64,000 nt of DNA from Candidatus Omnitrophota bacterium (GCA_002753465.1 PEAF01000005.1:867-64866); one strand, 5' to 3'. Shown: positions 33,614 through 43,576, counted from the stretch's first letter. Notes: generated by a model not told the origin, from the letters alone. Numbers and translations are program-made.

Positions 33614-33642
33614 AATATACTCCCTCTTTATAAAAATTGCAA
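33614..33642 (-). promoter_or_regulatory. Sigma70-like promoter driving the structured RNA and porin-amtB-glnK leader
   Basis: Minus strand: TTGCAA (33642-33637), a 17-nt spacer, then TATATT (33619-33614). Confidence 0.5.
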
Positions 33643-33782
33643 TAGCTTAAATCAAGATTTATTCCGACGAGAAGTAGTGATTTCTGAAAAATACTTTTGA
33701 AATTAATTCTTCAAACTTGCGTTTAGCTCATCAAATCCATATAATATCCAACAAGCGCATACCATCAAAAAAGGATCTTTAT

Positions 33783-34064
33783 ATGTTCTTCACAGAGCTT
33801 TTCCTTATACCTATCGCCGTTGTTCTGGGTGTCATTTCACTGGCCATCATCTTCCTGCCGACGATCATCGCCGGCATACGCAAGCACCGTCAATTTATCC
33901 CTATCTTGATCCTCAACATTTTTCTATGGTGGACATTCATTGCGTGGGCGGTAGCTCTTGCCTGGGCATTTGTAAAAGACAATCAAGATGAGACCGTCAC
34001 TATTAAGATGAAGCCAGTTGAGCCTTGCGAACCTCCCCCTGAAGACCAGATCAAATCAGTATAA
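33783..34064 (+). CDS. Superinfection-immunity (Imm-like) small membrane protein
   Basis: Two TM helices with LPTIIAGIRKHRQFIPILILNIFLWWTFIAWAVALAWAF, the pattern I recall for the Imm_superinfect family. The track ORF starts at 33717. ATG at 33783 (MFFTELF) is the likely start. Confidence 0.6.
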   Translation: MFFTELFLIPIAVVLGVISLAIIFLPTIIAGIRKHRQFIPILILNIFLWWTFIAWAVALAWAFVKDNQDETVTIKMKPVEPCEPPPEDQIKSV

Positions 34065-34190
34065 TTAATAAAAGAGAGCGCCCTTTTCCGCATATCCCAA
34101 GTTTACGCACCCCTAAGTCTTTTCCGGCCCCCGCCAGAAAAAAGCGCATCCATGTGACAGGGCGCTCCCTCGATTTACTGTTCAGGTTGA

Positions 34191-34454
34191 TCAATTATCT
34201 CTTTTATAATGCTCGAGAACTCTTTCTGAAAGGTCTGAGAATACGGCCGCTGAGCGACATACGATCTGATCATACCATTTATTATCTTTTCCCTGCTCCT
34301 GAGGCATTGACACAAACAATCCTTTTTTACCTTCGACCAGTCGCACCCCGCGGATCACTAAAACATCATTCACACATACATCTGCAAACGCTTTAAGATT
34401 TCCTGCATCTGGCAACCGATACATCTTTTCCACATTGAACGTTATTGTTGACAT
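34191..34454 (-). CDS. spoVG: SpoVG family protein
   Basis: 87 aa. GNLKAFADVCVNDVLVIRGVRLVEGKKGLFVSMPQEQGKDNKWYDQIV aligns with the SpoVG core (KA-A-V ... I-V--G--GLFV-MP). Confidence 0.85.
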   Translation of the reverse strand: MSTITFNVEKMYRLPDAGNLKAFADVCVNDVLVIRGVRLVEGKKGLFVSMPQEQGKDNKWYDQIVCRSAAVFSDLSERVLEHYKRDN

Positions 34455-34636
34455 CTCTCCTCCTTTTGTTTATTTATCAAACTTATTGACGAAATACTAC
34501 ATCAATTTTGCTCATATGTCAATTAGTATTTTGATTATACGTCAAACTTTTTTAAGACGCGCCCACGACGTTATTTTTACATTGATACATTCACAAAATG
34601 TGCTATTGTAAATTAACAATATTTACGGAGGATTTT

Positions 34637-35188
34637 ATGCAACAGCTTGGCGTACATATCCAGACTATACGAAAATTAAGACGCATGTCTCTCTCGGAAT
34701 TAGCCAAAACAAGCGGCGTTCAGATTGCAACGCTTTCACGTATCGAAAACGGCAAAATGACGGGGACGCTGGCATCTCACTTGAATATCGCCAAAGCCAT
34801 GGGTATAGATATTGCTGAACTTTATCAGGGACTGCAGGAAGACGCACCTGACCCGATCAAAGCTGATGAAACACTCGAGGCGGTCTCTACTATTAATGAA
34901 AAGGTTTCGTGTGAGATCCTGACCCGCCAGGCATCCTCCAAGAAAATGCTGCCCGCGATCATCAAGATCGAAGGCAAGGGCTCAACATCTCAAGAACGAC
35001 GTGAACCTGCTTCTGAACGGTTTATTTTTGTACTGGAAGGCGTTGTTGTCGTGAAAGTAAAAGACCAGGCTGTCCGGCTTGAGAAGAATACTTCTCTATA
35101 TTTCAATGCTTCATTGCCGCATATGATCGAAAACCCGAATGCCTCAACCGCCAAATTCCTTTCGGTCATCACCCCGGTTTCTTTATGA
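34637..35188 (+). CDS. XRE-family HTH plus cupin-domain transcriptional regulator
   Basis: HTH: IRKLRRMSLSELAKTSGVQIATLSRIENGK. C-terminal cupin: ERFIFVLEGVVVVKVKDQAVRLEKNTSLYFNASLPHMIEN. GGAGG lies 6 nt before the ATG at 34637; the track start 34598 is less likely. Confidence 0.8.
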   Translation: MQQLGVHIQTIRKLRRMSLSELAKTSGVQIATLSRIENGKMTGTLASHLNIAKAMGIDIAELYQGLQEDAPDPIKADETLEAVSTINEKVSCEILTRQASSKKMLPAIIKIEGKGSTSQERREPASERFIFVLEGVVVVKVKDQAVRLEKNTSLYFNASLPHMIENPNASTAKFLSVITPVSL

Positions 35189-35535
35189 CAGGCACTCTGC
35201 TTATTTACATCCAGGATGAACACACACGTGATACCCTCAAAGGCACGCTATGTAATTATATTCCTCTCATCGTTACTGAAGATACTCCCCAATGCCTCGA
35301 GGCGCTTAAACAACGCTCGCCTGTCAGTAAAGCTATTATAGGCGTATCGGGGATGGACGACGATGATATCGCGGATATCATTCACAGCATGCTGGAAATT
35401 AAACCGGAATTGAAGATCATTGCGCTAGGGGATAAAAACAGTGAAGACCTGGCTATCAACGCGGTGCGTTATGGAGCGAACGGCTACATTCTCCTGCCTA
35501 TAAAGGCTGATGAACTTTTGGCAACGTTACGCTGA
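35185..35535 (+). CDS. Receiver-like (pseudo-receiver) single-domain protein
   Basis: 116 aa with REC-like topology (LLIYIQDEH ... AIIGVSGMDDDD ... KIIALGD ... GANGYILLPIKADELL). No Asp sits at the canonical phospho-acceptor position. It overlaps the XRE-cupin gene by 4 nt (ATGA). Confidence 0.5.
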   Translation: MTGTLLIYIQDEHTRDTLKGTLCNYIPLIVTEDTPQCLEALKQRSPVSKAIIGVSGMDDDDIADIIHSMLEIKPELKIIALGDKNSEDLAINAVRYGANGYILLPIKADELLATLR

Positions 35536-36547
35536 TTTCTGCGGAAAACCCTTCTTCTTTAACAACATCAAGGAACTTTTCAAACCACTCTTTCTTGATG
35601 CCGTCAGCTTTCTGTAATTTATCAAAATCAGCTTTAAACATGGTATATACATGACCATAACTGCCGGAAATGATCCTGGCAACTTCCTTTGAATTGATAT
35701 CAGAACGTGTAGGATCCTGCGTTAATGCCTGTCCATCCCACTGGAACGTCATATAGCGCGAAATGGTAAAAAGCGGCAGTGACCTTTTTTCTCCGGAGTG
35801 CAATACCTGCTCCGCCAAAAAGCTGATCTTGTAATTACCTACCAGCACCCCATTCACATAGTCAAAAGAACTCGTCACATCAAAATCCAGAAGACCGAGG
35901 CCTCGGCGAAATGCCTCAGAAGGTGTCGCCATAAGCAATCTGGTCTTATTCTCGTCAACAGAATAGACCTGGATGAACTTGGTACTGTAGCCGTTGCCGG
36001 AACCAGCCAAACTGATGACACTGACCAATCCCTTATCCATCAACCTGAAAACAGGCTCGGCCTTCTTATTATCGAAAACATCAATATGCCCAACATATCC
36101 CCAACTTCCGCTCACCCCTTTAAAGATAAGATATTGATAATCCGGAAAACGCAGGCTCTGACTTGAAACCCGCATTACCCTGTAATCACCCAACTCATAC
36201 TCTTGAATGACAGGATAAGGGAGAATACAGGCGCTATTATCTGAAAAGCTGCACCCAAAAAGATACTCATCACGCAAAGCAACGGCATGAGCATCCTTAA
36301 GGACCGCGGTTTTCCCGATCCCGATCTTCTTCCAGAGCTTACCGATGCGCACCCCTGGATAATAGTAGTCCTGACGACGCGCTTCATTTTGCTTAAAAAT
36401 ATTCTTATCGGCTGATTGATAATACGCATCCGTATCCGCAAAGAACTTCTCAACGGATAAGTACGTAACTGTTTTGGGAATGAAAAGCAAGGCGAGCGCG
36501 ATAACAATAAGGATGGATGGTATGAACTTCAGAAATTTATTTCTCAC
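35498..36547 (-). CDS. Membrane-anchored hypothetical protein
   Basis: 349 aa. N-terminal TM helix (FIPSILIVIALALLFIP), then a beta-rich extracytoplasmic part with no motif I recognise. Its 3' end overlaps the convergent pseudo-receiver gene by 38 nt. Confidence 0.5.
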   Translation of the reverse strand: MRNKFLKFIPSILIVIALALLFIPKTVTYLSVEKFFADTDAYYQSADKNIFKQNEARRQDYYYPGVRIGKLWKKIGIGKTAVLKDAHAVALRDEYLFGCSFSDNSACILPYPVIQEYELGDYRVMRVSSQSLRFPDYQYLIFKGVSGSWGYVGHIDVFDNKKAEPVFRLMDKGLVSVISLAGSGNGYSTKFIQVYSVDENKTRLLMATPSEAFRRGLGLLDFDVTSSFDYVNGVLVGNYKISFLAEQVLHSGEKRSLPLFTISRYMTFQWDGQALTQDPTRSDINSKEVARIISGSYGHVYTMFKADFDKLQKADGIKKEWFEKFLDVVKEEGFSAEISVTLPKVHQPL

Positions 36548-36556
36548 AAGGTCTCC

Positions 36557-37177
36557 TTAATCTTTAACATCCGCGTCCGAAGAGAACTGCGCCCATAACC
36601 CCAGTCGTGACTTGCGCGCCTGCCTGAATGATCGTTTAAATTCTTCAGCATGACGTATATTAGGAGGGATCGTCATCGGGTAAGCATAGCCATTCTTGAT
36701 GATCTCTTCATTAATGAAAAGCCCGTCATCAACCCTGTAAACATAAGCCAGGAGCCTGCCGTACTTGTCACGCCGTTGAATATCGAAATCAAGCCTTACC
36801 CTTCGCCCATCCAGCAACGATCTGGTATAAACCGCCGCCTGATGGCCCATCTCCAGTATCTGTTGAACATCACGTCCGGAGCGCCCGGCATCACGCAGCA
36901 ATTTCTTATTCCGAGATGACTCAGGCGTATCAATGCCGATAAAACGAACTTTTTCACCATCAGCCAGCTTTATTGTATCCCCGTCAAAAACATACACTAC
37001 CTTAACGTCAGGATAGGTCTTATCGCCACTTACCTGATCAGCCGGATTCACCGTCTTCACAGGGGCGGATAACCGCAGCGCAAGCACCATAAATGCTGTT
37101 ATAAAAAGAACAAAGAAGGTTAATGAATAATATTTCCGCATCCTGGAACTTTCAATCCACACCCTTGATCCGTACAA
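36557..37177 (-). CDS. Membrane-anchored thermonuclease (staphylococcal nuclease-like)
   Basis: VVYVFDGDTIKLADGEKVRFIGIDTPES ... DKYGRLLAYVY is the SNase fold signature. There is an N-terminal TM helix. The likely start is M13 (37141). Confidence 0.8.
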   Translation of the reverse strand: MYGSRVWIESSRMRKYYSLTFFVLFITAFMVLALRLSAPVKTVNPADQVSGDKTYPDVKVVYVFDGDTIKLADGEKVRFIGIDTPESSRNKKLLRDAGRSGRDVQQILEMGHQAAVYTRSLLDGRRVRLDFDIQRRDKYGRLLAYVYRVDDGLFINEEIIKNGYAYPMTIPPNIRHAEEFKRSFRQARKSRLGLWAQFSSDADVKD

Positions 37178-38306
37178 AATCCGACGACGGATAATAATAA
37201 CTTAAGATCTGTTTGTAGTCATGATGCAACATCGCCATATTATAGGCGCCCCACTGGCACATCCCCACACCATGCCCCCAACCACGGCCCACAAAATCCA
37301 CATACCACCCTTTCATCTCAACTTCATACAAATTACTGCGTAAAAGATTAGGGCCTACAGCATCCCGGAACAACTTCCCTTCGATCGTTTCTGCCTTATC
37401 ATCCCGCGTGACGATCTTAAGCTTACGCACGCGGCCGCTTTTATTCCGCTCGATGACCTGGATATCCTTGATCAACCCGAGTTTATAGCCCCGGGCATTC
37501 AAACCATCCTGAATATCCTTAAGACGAAAGTTGCGTCGCCACTGGTAGTGCGGCGAATTAACGGAAAATGTAGATATGACGCCGCCCTTTAAAGGCAGAA
37601 TATCGACGTCCCACAACTCAGACGCATCCTCGGTCACTCCGCCGCTATTGGCATGAAAGAACGTCGGAAATATCTTGCCTTTATACATCAGCACTTCACC
37701 GCGCGTACGGCGTACGGCGACGTTCGTGCGGTATCGCTCCGACCCTTTTCCGCCATAAACCTGGGAATAAATATCATTCGTTACATCATAATCACGGGCC
37801 GCAAACTTTTCCATGGAGTAAAGCGCGAAGGTGCGTGTTGCCACAGCCTGCGCCTTGATCGCCTCCATAGGCCACTTATCGGAGATCTCATGGTAAAGGA
37901 CACCCCGTATGTAAAGCTCAAGCTCGATCGAATTCACAACCGTAAACCCGGCGCCGCTATTATTTATAACAACGATATTCCCGCGGAAATAACCGTCATT
38001 GACGCTGACGGCGGTTTCGTGCCGTGGCGCAATAATAATACGTGCGAGATCATAAACATGTGTACCGACCTTGGTCCTGCCATTCTCAAGGGTAACCACC
38101 ACCGGGCGAAGCCGGGGACCTGCCTGGAGGACTTTTCCGGTTATAAAATCCAGGATCTCATACCGGCCATCGACGGCCACCGTAAAATGATCCTGATCAC
38201 GCAAAATCGCCACACGGATAAGCTTGGCCTTGGCTGTTACAACATCATCAGCGATCAAGAGAATAACAAACGACAAGACTAATAGTCCAAGCAGTTTCTT
38301 GATCAC
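37152..38306 (-). CDS. SpoIID/LytB-domain protein
   Basis: 384 aa. YIRGVLYHEISDKWPMEAIKAQAVATRTFAL, FHANSGGVTEDASELW and GHGVGMCQWGA motifs. Confidence 0.85.
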   Translation of the reverse strand: MIKKLLGLLVLSFVILLIADDVVTAKAKLIRVAILRDQDHFTVAVDGRYEILDFITGKVLQAGPRLRPVVVTLENGRTKVGTHVYDLARIIIAPRHETAVSVNDGYFRGNIVVINNSGAGFTVVNSIELELYIRGVLYHEISDKWPMEAIKAQAVATRTFALYSMEKFAARDYDVTNDIYSQVYGGKGSERYRTNVAVRRTRGEVLMYKGKIFPTFFHANSGGVTEDASELWDVDILPLKGGVISTFSVNSPHYQWRRNFRLKDIQDGLNARGYKLGLIKDIQVIERNKSGRVRKLKIVTRDDKAETIEGKLFRDAVGPNLLRSNLYEVEMKGWYVDFVGRGWGHGVGMCQWGAYNMAMLHHDYKQILSYYYPSSDFVRIKGVD

Positions 38307-39295
38307 AGCTGTTGTCTCGCCTTCTCCGTGATCTCACGGCCGCGTGATGTGCGGCGCAAAAACCCCATCTTTAATAAATACGGCTCAACAACATCAATAA
38401 GCGTATCAACCTCTTCATTCAGTGTCGCCGCAAGGGCTTCAACACCCACAGGTCCGCCGCTATATTGATCGCGGATAACTGTTAAGATCTTACGGTCAAA
38501 ACGATCAAGTCCCTGTGTGTCAATATCCAACCGGGCCATGGCTTCCTTAACGACCGCCGCGCGCACGGTCAATCCGCCGCCTTTGACCTGAGCATAATCA
38601 CGCACACGCTTCAAAAGGCGATTAGCAATGCGCGGCGTACCGCGGGAACGTAAAGCAACCTCAAGGGCAGAGGCCTGATCTATGTCAACCCCCAATTTGA
38701 CCGATGAACGCATAATGATCGTCGCGAGATCATCCGGTTCGTAAAAATCAATATGGAATGCCAGACCGAAACGATCTCTCAACGGCGATGCCAGGAGCCC
38801 GCTGCGCGTCGTCGCCCCGATCAATGTGAATGGCTTCAGATTAAAATTGATCGTTTTGGCATACGGGCCTTTATCCACCACAAAATCTATCTTATAGTTT
38901 TCCATGGCCGGATAAAGGAACTCTTCGACCGTTTTTGACATGCGGTGGATCTCATCGATAAAAAGAACATCCCCCCGCTCAAGGTTAGTGAGTATGCCGA
39001 TAAAATCTCCCGCTCGCTCGATGGCCGGACCGGAAGTAACGGTGATCTTACTTTTCATTTCATGGGCAATGATGTGGGCAAGGGATGTTTTTCCCAAACC
39101 GGGAGGTCCGGAAAAAAGCATGTGCTCGAGGGGTTCGCCGCGTTGCTGAGCGGCTTCAACAGCGATGCGGATATTAGCTACAAGGTCCTTTTGACCGATA
39201 AAATCCGTAAGATTCTCGGGCCGCAGCGAGAGACCGGTAACACGGTCCTCTTCCGTCTCCTGCGTGTTAAGGATGACCTGCTTTAATTCTTCCAT
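38303..39295 (-). CDS. ruvB: Holliday junction helicase RuvB
   Basis: 330 aa. Walker A GPPGLGKTS, DEIHR, and the C-terminal winged helix. Confidence 0.95.
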   Translation of the reverse strand: MEELKQVILNTQETEEDRVTGLSLRPENLTDFIGQKDLVANIRIAVEAAQQRGEPLEHMLFSGPPGLGKTSLAHIIAHEMKSKITVTSGPAIERAGDFIGILTNLERGDVLFIDEIHRMSKTVEEFLYPAMENYKIDFVVDKGPYAKTINFNLKPFTLIGATTRSGLLASPLRDRFGLAFHIDFYEPDDLATIIMRSSVKLGVDIDQASALEVALRSRGTPRIANRLLKRVRDYAQVKGGGLTVRAAVVKEAMARLDIDTQGLDRFDRKILTVIRDQYSGGPVGVEALAATLNEEVDTLIDVVEPYLLKMGFLRRTSRGREITEKARQQL

Positions 39296-40044
39296 CAGCC
39301 CACCGTCTGTTGTTGAACAACAATGTTCTCCGCATTACGGACCAACTCGATATCAGCAAAAAGGCGTTTTTGGGCGATCACGACTTCCTTCATCTTGCAC
39401 AGTTCAAGGACCGCCATGAAAGTCACAATGACCTCTATCTTGTCACGCGCATTATCAAAAAGCTCCTGCAGCCTGATGCTGGAGCGCTCGATGAGCATAT
39501 GTAAAATGCTGTGGACCTTTTCTTCAACCGTATATTCCTCGCGCACAACCTCATAATTGACCTTTTCAGGTTTATTGGCCATCGCCTGGGTAAGCGCCGT
39601 AATGAGATCAAAAAGATTGGCTTCAAAATACACTTCCTTTGCACCCTCTTTCATCTCAGCCAGGGCCTCTTCATCCGAACGGCGCGCAAAAAGGTCCTGC
39701 CGGCCTTCAGCCTTAAGGCGCAGTGCTTCTGCCGCCTCTTTGATCCTCTGGTATTCTTCCAGACGGCGGACAAGTTCAGTGCGCGGATCTTCCTGGGGGG
39801 TTACCTCTGTCGGATCGGGAGGCAAAAGCATCTTGGACTTGATCTGCAGGAGTGTTGCCGCCATCACAAGAAAATCCCCGATCCCGTCAAGATCAAGCAT
39901 CTTCATTAATTCTATATACTGGATATATTGTTCTGTAACGCGCGCGATAGGAATATCGCAGATATTGATCTCATCTTTTCTGATGAGATACAATAAAAGA
40001 TCAAGAGGACCTTCAAACTTTTCTAATTGGATCTTATAATTCAT
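39295..40044 (-). CDS. scpA: Segregation and condensation protein A
   Basis: 249 aa. FEGPLDLLLYLIRKDEINICDIPIARVTEQY. Confidence 0.85.
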   Translation of the reverse strand: MNYKIQLEKFEGPLDLLLYLIRKDEINICDIPIARVTEQYIQYIELMKMLDLDGIGDFLVMAATLLQIKSKMLLPPDPTEVTPQEDPRTELVRRLEEYQRIKEAAEALRLKAEGRQDLFARRSDEEALAEMKEGAKEVYFEANLFDLITALTQAMANKPEKVNYEVVREEYTVEEKVHSILHMLIERSSIRLQELFDNARDKIEVIVTFMAVLELCKMKEVVIAQKRLFADIELVRNAENIVVQQQTVG

Positions 40045-40049
40045 GGGGT

Positions 40050-41027
40050 TTAACGAAAAACCGCTGTACGCACTTCTTTCATTGTCGTAACCGCGATAGC
40101 ACGCGCCTTTTCAGCACCTTGTTTAAGCACAGATTCGACATATCCTCGGTCCGCGAGGACCTTAAGGCGTTTTTCACGGATAGGCCTCAAATACTCTATG
40201 ATCGCTTCCGCCAGGTTCTTCTTGCAATCCGTACAACCCTTAGTCGCCCCCTCACACCAGAGGCGCGCTTCTGAAACTTGCCCCGGTAAGAACGTATTGT
40301 AATATGAGAAAACATTGCATTCATCCGGATGCCCCACATCCTTCAGCCGTAACCGCTTCGGATCCGTAAGCATATTCCTGACCTTAGCCATGATCTCATC
40401 TGGCGTATCAGACAGATTGATCGTATTGCCATAACTCTTGGACATCTTACGACCGTCAAGTCCCAGTAAACGCGGGGTTGGCGTCATGATCGCTTCACAA
40501 TCCGCGAACACATCTTTCTTGTAAATGAAATTAAACCGGCGGCTTATCTCACGCGTCAGTTCCAGATGCGGCAACTGATCTTCACCGATAGGCACAGCCT
40601 GGGCTTTATAAAGAAGGATATCCGCTGCCTGAAGGACCGGGTATCCCAAAAAGGCATACGTCTGAAGGTCACGCGTGGTGATCTCGCGCAACTGTTCCTT
40701 ATACGTCGGGTTACGTTCGAGCCAGCCTAAAGGCGTCAAACAAGACAGGAACATCTGAAGCTCAAGATGCTCAGGAACATCTGACTGAAGGAAAATAATA
40801 GAGCGCTCAGGATCAACGCCGCAAGCCAGCCAATCCACGGTCATATCATAAATATGATCGACCATCTGATGGCTATTCTCATATTCCCCCATGAGAGCAT
40901 GCCAATCCGCTACAGAATAGATGCACCGGTACGAATCCTGCAGTTTGACCCAGTTATGAAGTGCCCCCACCAGGTGCCCAAGATGAAGCTTTCCCGTCGG
41001 ACGCATGCCGCTGAAGACCGTTTTCAT
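40050..41027 (-). CDS. trpS: Tryptophan--tRNA ligase
   Basis: 325 aa class I synthetase. GKLHLGHLVGA (HIGH-type motif) and KMSKS. Confidence 0.95.
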   Translation of the reverse strand: MKTVFSGMRPTGKLHLGHLVGALHNWVKLQDSYRCIYSVADWHALMGEYENSHQMVDHIYDMTVDWLACGVDPERSIIFLQSDVPEHLELQMFLSCLTPLGWLERNPTYKEQLREITTRDLQTYAFLGYPVLQAADILLYKAQAVPIGEDQLPHLELTREISRRFNFIYKKDVFADCEAIMTPTPRLLGLDGRKMSKSYGNTINLSDTPDEIMAKVRNMLTDPKRLRLKDVGHPDECNVFSYYNTFLPGQVSEARLWCEGATKGCTDCKKNLAEAIIEYLRPIREKRLKVLADRGYVESVLKQGAEKARAIAVTTMKEVRTAVFR

Positions 41028-43535
41028 TTACAGTTTCCTGGCGATCTGTTCGATCTGGAACGTTTCAATGATATCCCCGACCTGATACCCGTCAAACTTA
41101 TCCACAGAAATGCCGCACTCAAAACCTTCGCCGACTTCTTTGACATCATCCTTAAACCGTTTCAGGGCGACAATCTTACTGGAATGAACCACCGCTCCGT
41201 TACGGATAACATCCGCCTCCATCTTCTGACGGATACGTCCCTTCAAAATAAAACATCCTGCAACCATGCCGGCCTTGGTCAACTTGAACACCTGCCGCAC
41301 TTCTGCCCGCGCCAGGAAATGTCGCTTGGTATCAGGTTTCAACAACCCTTCAAGGGCCGCCTTCATCTCATTGACAGCGTCATAGATAACATTGTATTTT
41401 CTAATATCGACCGGAGCTTTTTCAAGTTCCTCACTCGCATCCGTGTTCATGCCGACATTAAAGGAAATGATAATAGCCTTGGATACATGCGCTAGAATAA
41501 TATCCGATGCGTTAACATCACCGACACCCGTATGGATGAATTTGATCTTAACTTCTTTATTGGTGTTCGGGACCTTAAGCAATGCTTCACGCAGCGCCTC
41601 AACAGAACCTTGTACGTCCGCCTTGAGAACAATATTCAATTCCTTGACCTCACCCTCTTTCTTCTGCGCCAGAAGATCTTCAAGCGTGATCTTATTTGAA
41701 TTCTTAAGCCGGTCCGCCTTTACTTTCTGCATACGCACATCAGAGATCTCTCGTGCCACTTTCTCATTTTCAACAACAAAGAACTTTTCACCGGCTTCAG
41801 GCACCGCTGAAAGGCCCAGGATCTCAACCGGCATGGACGGACCCGCCGAACGCGTATGCTGATGATGATCATCAAACATAGCCTTGACCTTGCCGTAATT
41901 TGGCCCGACGACGACCAAATCGCCCTCTTTAAGCGTTCCGCTTTGAACAACCAGTGTCGCCACAGCACCGCGACCGGGGCTTAAATGTGCTTCAACAATG
42001 ATGCCCGCAGCCCGCTTATCTGGATTGGCCTTAAGCTCAAGGATCTCAGCCTCAAGAAGGATCATTTCTAATAGATTATCAATGCCCTCACCCGTAAGGG
42101 CAGAAACAGGCGCGACAACAGTCTTTCCGCCCCAATCTTCAGGCATCAGATCATGCTCGATCAGTTGCTTCTTGACCATATCCGGATCGGCATCCTTCCG
42201 GTCCATTTTATTAAGCGCCACAACGATGGCAACGCCTGCCGCCTTGGCATGATCGATCGCCTCAAGGGTCTGGGGCATCAATCCTTCATTCGCGGCAACA
42301 ACAAGGACAACAAGGTCCGTAATATGTGCCCCGCGCGCGCGCATGGCTGTAAAGGCAGCATGACCCGGCGTATCAAGGAACGTTATTGTTCCCTTGCTCA
42401 TCGGAACAGAATAGGCACGTATATGCTGCGTGATCCCACCATGCTCGGAATCAACAACCTTGGTTTTACGGATACAGTCCATGAGCGATGTTTTTCCATG
42501 ATCGACATGTCCCATGAACGTGACGATCGGAGCTCGCGGTTTGAGGGTTGAGGGATCATCCTTAGCTTTGTCATGAAAATCGATGGTCTGCTCTTCCTGA
42601 CTCTTGATCTGGATCAAATTGTATCCAAAAGCTTCACAGATCTTACGGGCAATATCCTCACCAAGATTCTGATTGATATTGGCAAAAATGCCCATACCCA
42701 TAAGCGTTTTCAATACAGCCTGGACCTTTTCCTGAATGCGGAAAGCAAGGTCTCCGACAGTAATAGGGATCTTGACATCAATGTCACGCAAAGGACCTTC
42801 ATATTTGGCAGGCGACGCCGGAGCCTGTTCAACAGCAACCGTGGCTGCTGGTGCCGCTGTCTGCTGCGTGGCATGGGCATTGCGCGCCGCCTGGATGGCA
42901 GCCTGCTCTTCTTCACGCCGCTTGGCCAGGGGCTTTACCGAAACAAACTGAGGCTGCTCTTTTGGAACAACCTTGGTGACAACTGTCTTTATGACTTTCT
43001 TGACAACTGTATTACCCTCAGCGTCGGTTGTTGTCACATTTTCTTGTGTCGACGTTTTAGTGAACTGTGCAAGCTCATTCACAGGCTCGTTCACAACCTC
43101 ATTCACGACCTCCTGAACAGGGCCTTCAACAGACCGGGCATCAGGCGCGCGAACAGCAGGCTTTGGAACTTCGACAGGCTTAGGCTCAGGCTTGGTAACG
43201 ATACGCACCGTCACATGCTCAACAGCAGGCTCACTGCCTTTATCCGAAGAAGCCGCTTTAGCGGGACCCTTCTTCTTTACAGCAGGCTTTTTTACATCAC
43301 CGTCAGCCAAAGGCTTCTTGGGTGCCGCACGTTTAGCCGCAGACTTTTTAACAACATCCTCTTCTTTTTCTTCCGGAATAGCCCCTTTAGTCTGAAGCTC
43401 TCCCTTAAGAACAGAAAGCACGCCTGGGCTTAGTTCATGCGCATCCCCTTTGGCGCGCAACTTAAGCTCTTTGAGCGTCGCGAGAATGAGCTCCTCGCTG
43501 ATGTTGTATTTAGCAGCCAGTTCCTTTACTAACAT
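41028..43535 (-). CDS. infB: Translation initiation factor IF-2
   Basis: 835 aa. G domain [15 protein letters not shown] and NKMD, with a K/A/P/E-rich N-terminal region. Confidence 0.97.
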   Translation of the reverse strand: MLVKELAAKYNISEELILATLKELKLRAKGDAHELSPGVLSVLKGELQTKGAIPEEKEEDVVKKSAAKRAAPKKPLADGDVKKPAVKKKGPAKAASSDKGSEPAVEHVTVRIVTKPEPKPVEVPKPAVRAPDARSVEGPVQEVVNEVVNEPVNELAQFTKTSTQENVTTTDAEGNTVVKKVIKTVVTKVVPKEQPQFVSVKPLAKRREEEQAAIQAARNAHATQQTAAPAATVAVEQAPASPAKYEGPLRDIDVKIPITVGDLAFRIQEKVQAVLKTLMGMGIFANINQNLGEDIARKICEAFGYNLIQIKSQEEQTIDFHDKAKDDPSTLKPRAPIVTFMGHVDHGKTSLMDCIRKTKVVDSEHGGITQHIRAYSVPMSKGTITFLDTPGHAAFTAMRARGAHITDLVVLVVAANEGLMPQTLEAIDHAKAAGVAIVVALNKMDRKDADPDMVKKQLIEHDLMPEDWGGKTVVAPVSALTGEGIDNLLEMILLEAEILELKANPDKRAAGIIVEAHLSPGRGAVATLVVQSGTLKEGDLVVVGPNYGKVKAMFDDHHQHTRSAGPSMPVEILGLSAVPEAGEKFFVVENEKVAREISDVRMQKVKADRLKNSNKITLEDLLAQKKEGEVKELNIVLKADVQGSVEALREALLKVPNTNKEVKIKFIHTGVGDVNASDIILAHVSKAIIISFNVGMNTDASEELEKAPVDIRKYNVIYDAVNEMKAALEGLLKPDTKRHFLARAEVRQVFKLTKAGMVAGCFILKGRIRQKMEADVIRNGAVVHSSKIVALKRFKDDVKEVGEGFECGISVDKFDGYQVGDIIETFQIEQIARKL

Positions 43536-43576
43536 GTGCGTATCTTTCCGGGCCTATGGGCCCTAAAATGACTTTC

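Noticed and set aside
33717-33782. N-terminal extensions in the ORF track for the Imm-like gene (33717) and the XRE-cupin gene (34598)
   Set aside because: The extensions add non-conserved residues. Internal ATGs (33783; 34637 with GGAGG 6 nt upstream) give proteins that start where the families normally do.
34071-34171. 8-nt GC-rich complementarity (GAGCGCCC / GGGCGCTC) about 80 nt apart in the convergent Imm-spoVG spacer
   Set aside because: It is too short and too far apart to call a structure, and no clean terminator geometry exists on either strand.
37653-38282. 209-aa plus-strand ORF
   Set aside because: It is antisense to the SpoIID-domain gene. It is a shadow ORF.
40854-41495. 213-aa plus-strand ORF spanning the trpS-infB junction
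   Set aside because: It is antisense to two strongly supported genes and has no motif of its own. It is a shadow ORF.
42573-43433. 286-aa plus-strand ORF
   Set aside because: It lies entirely antisense to infB, whose sense translation is unmistakable ([19 protein letters not shown]). The antisense product is R/L/F-rich low-complexity sequence. It is a shadow ORF.
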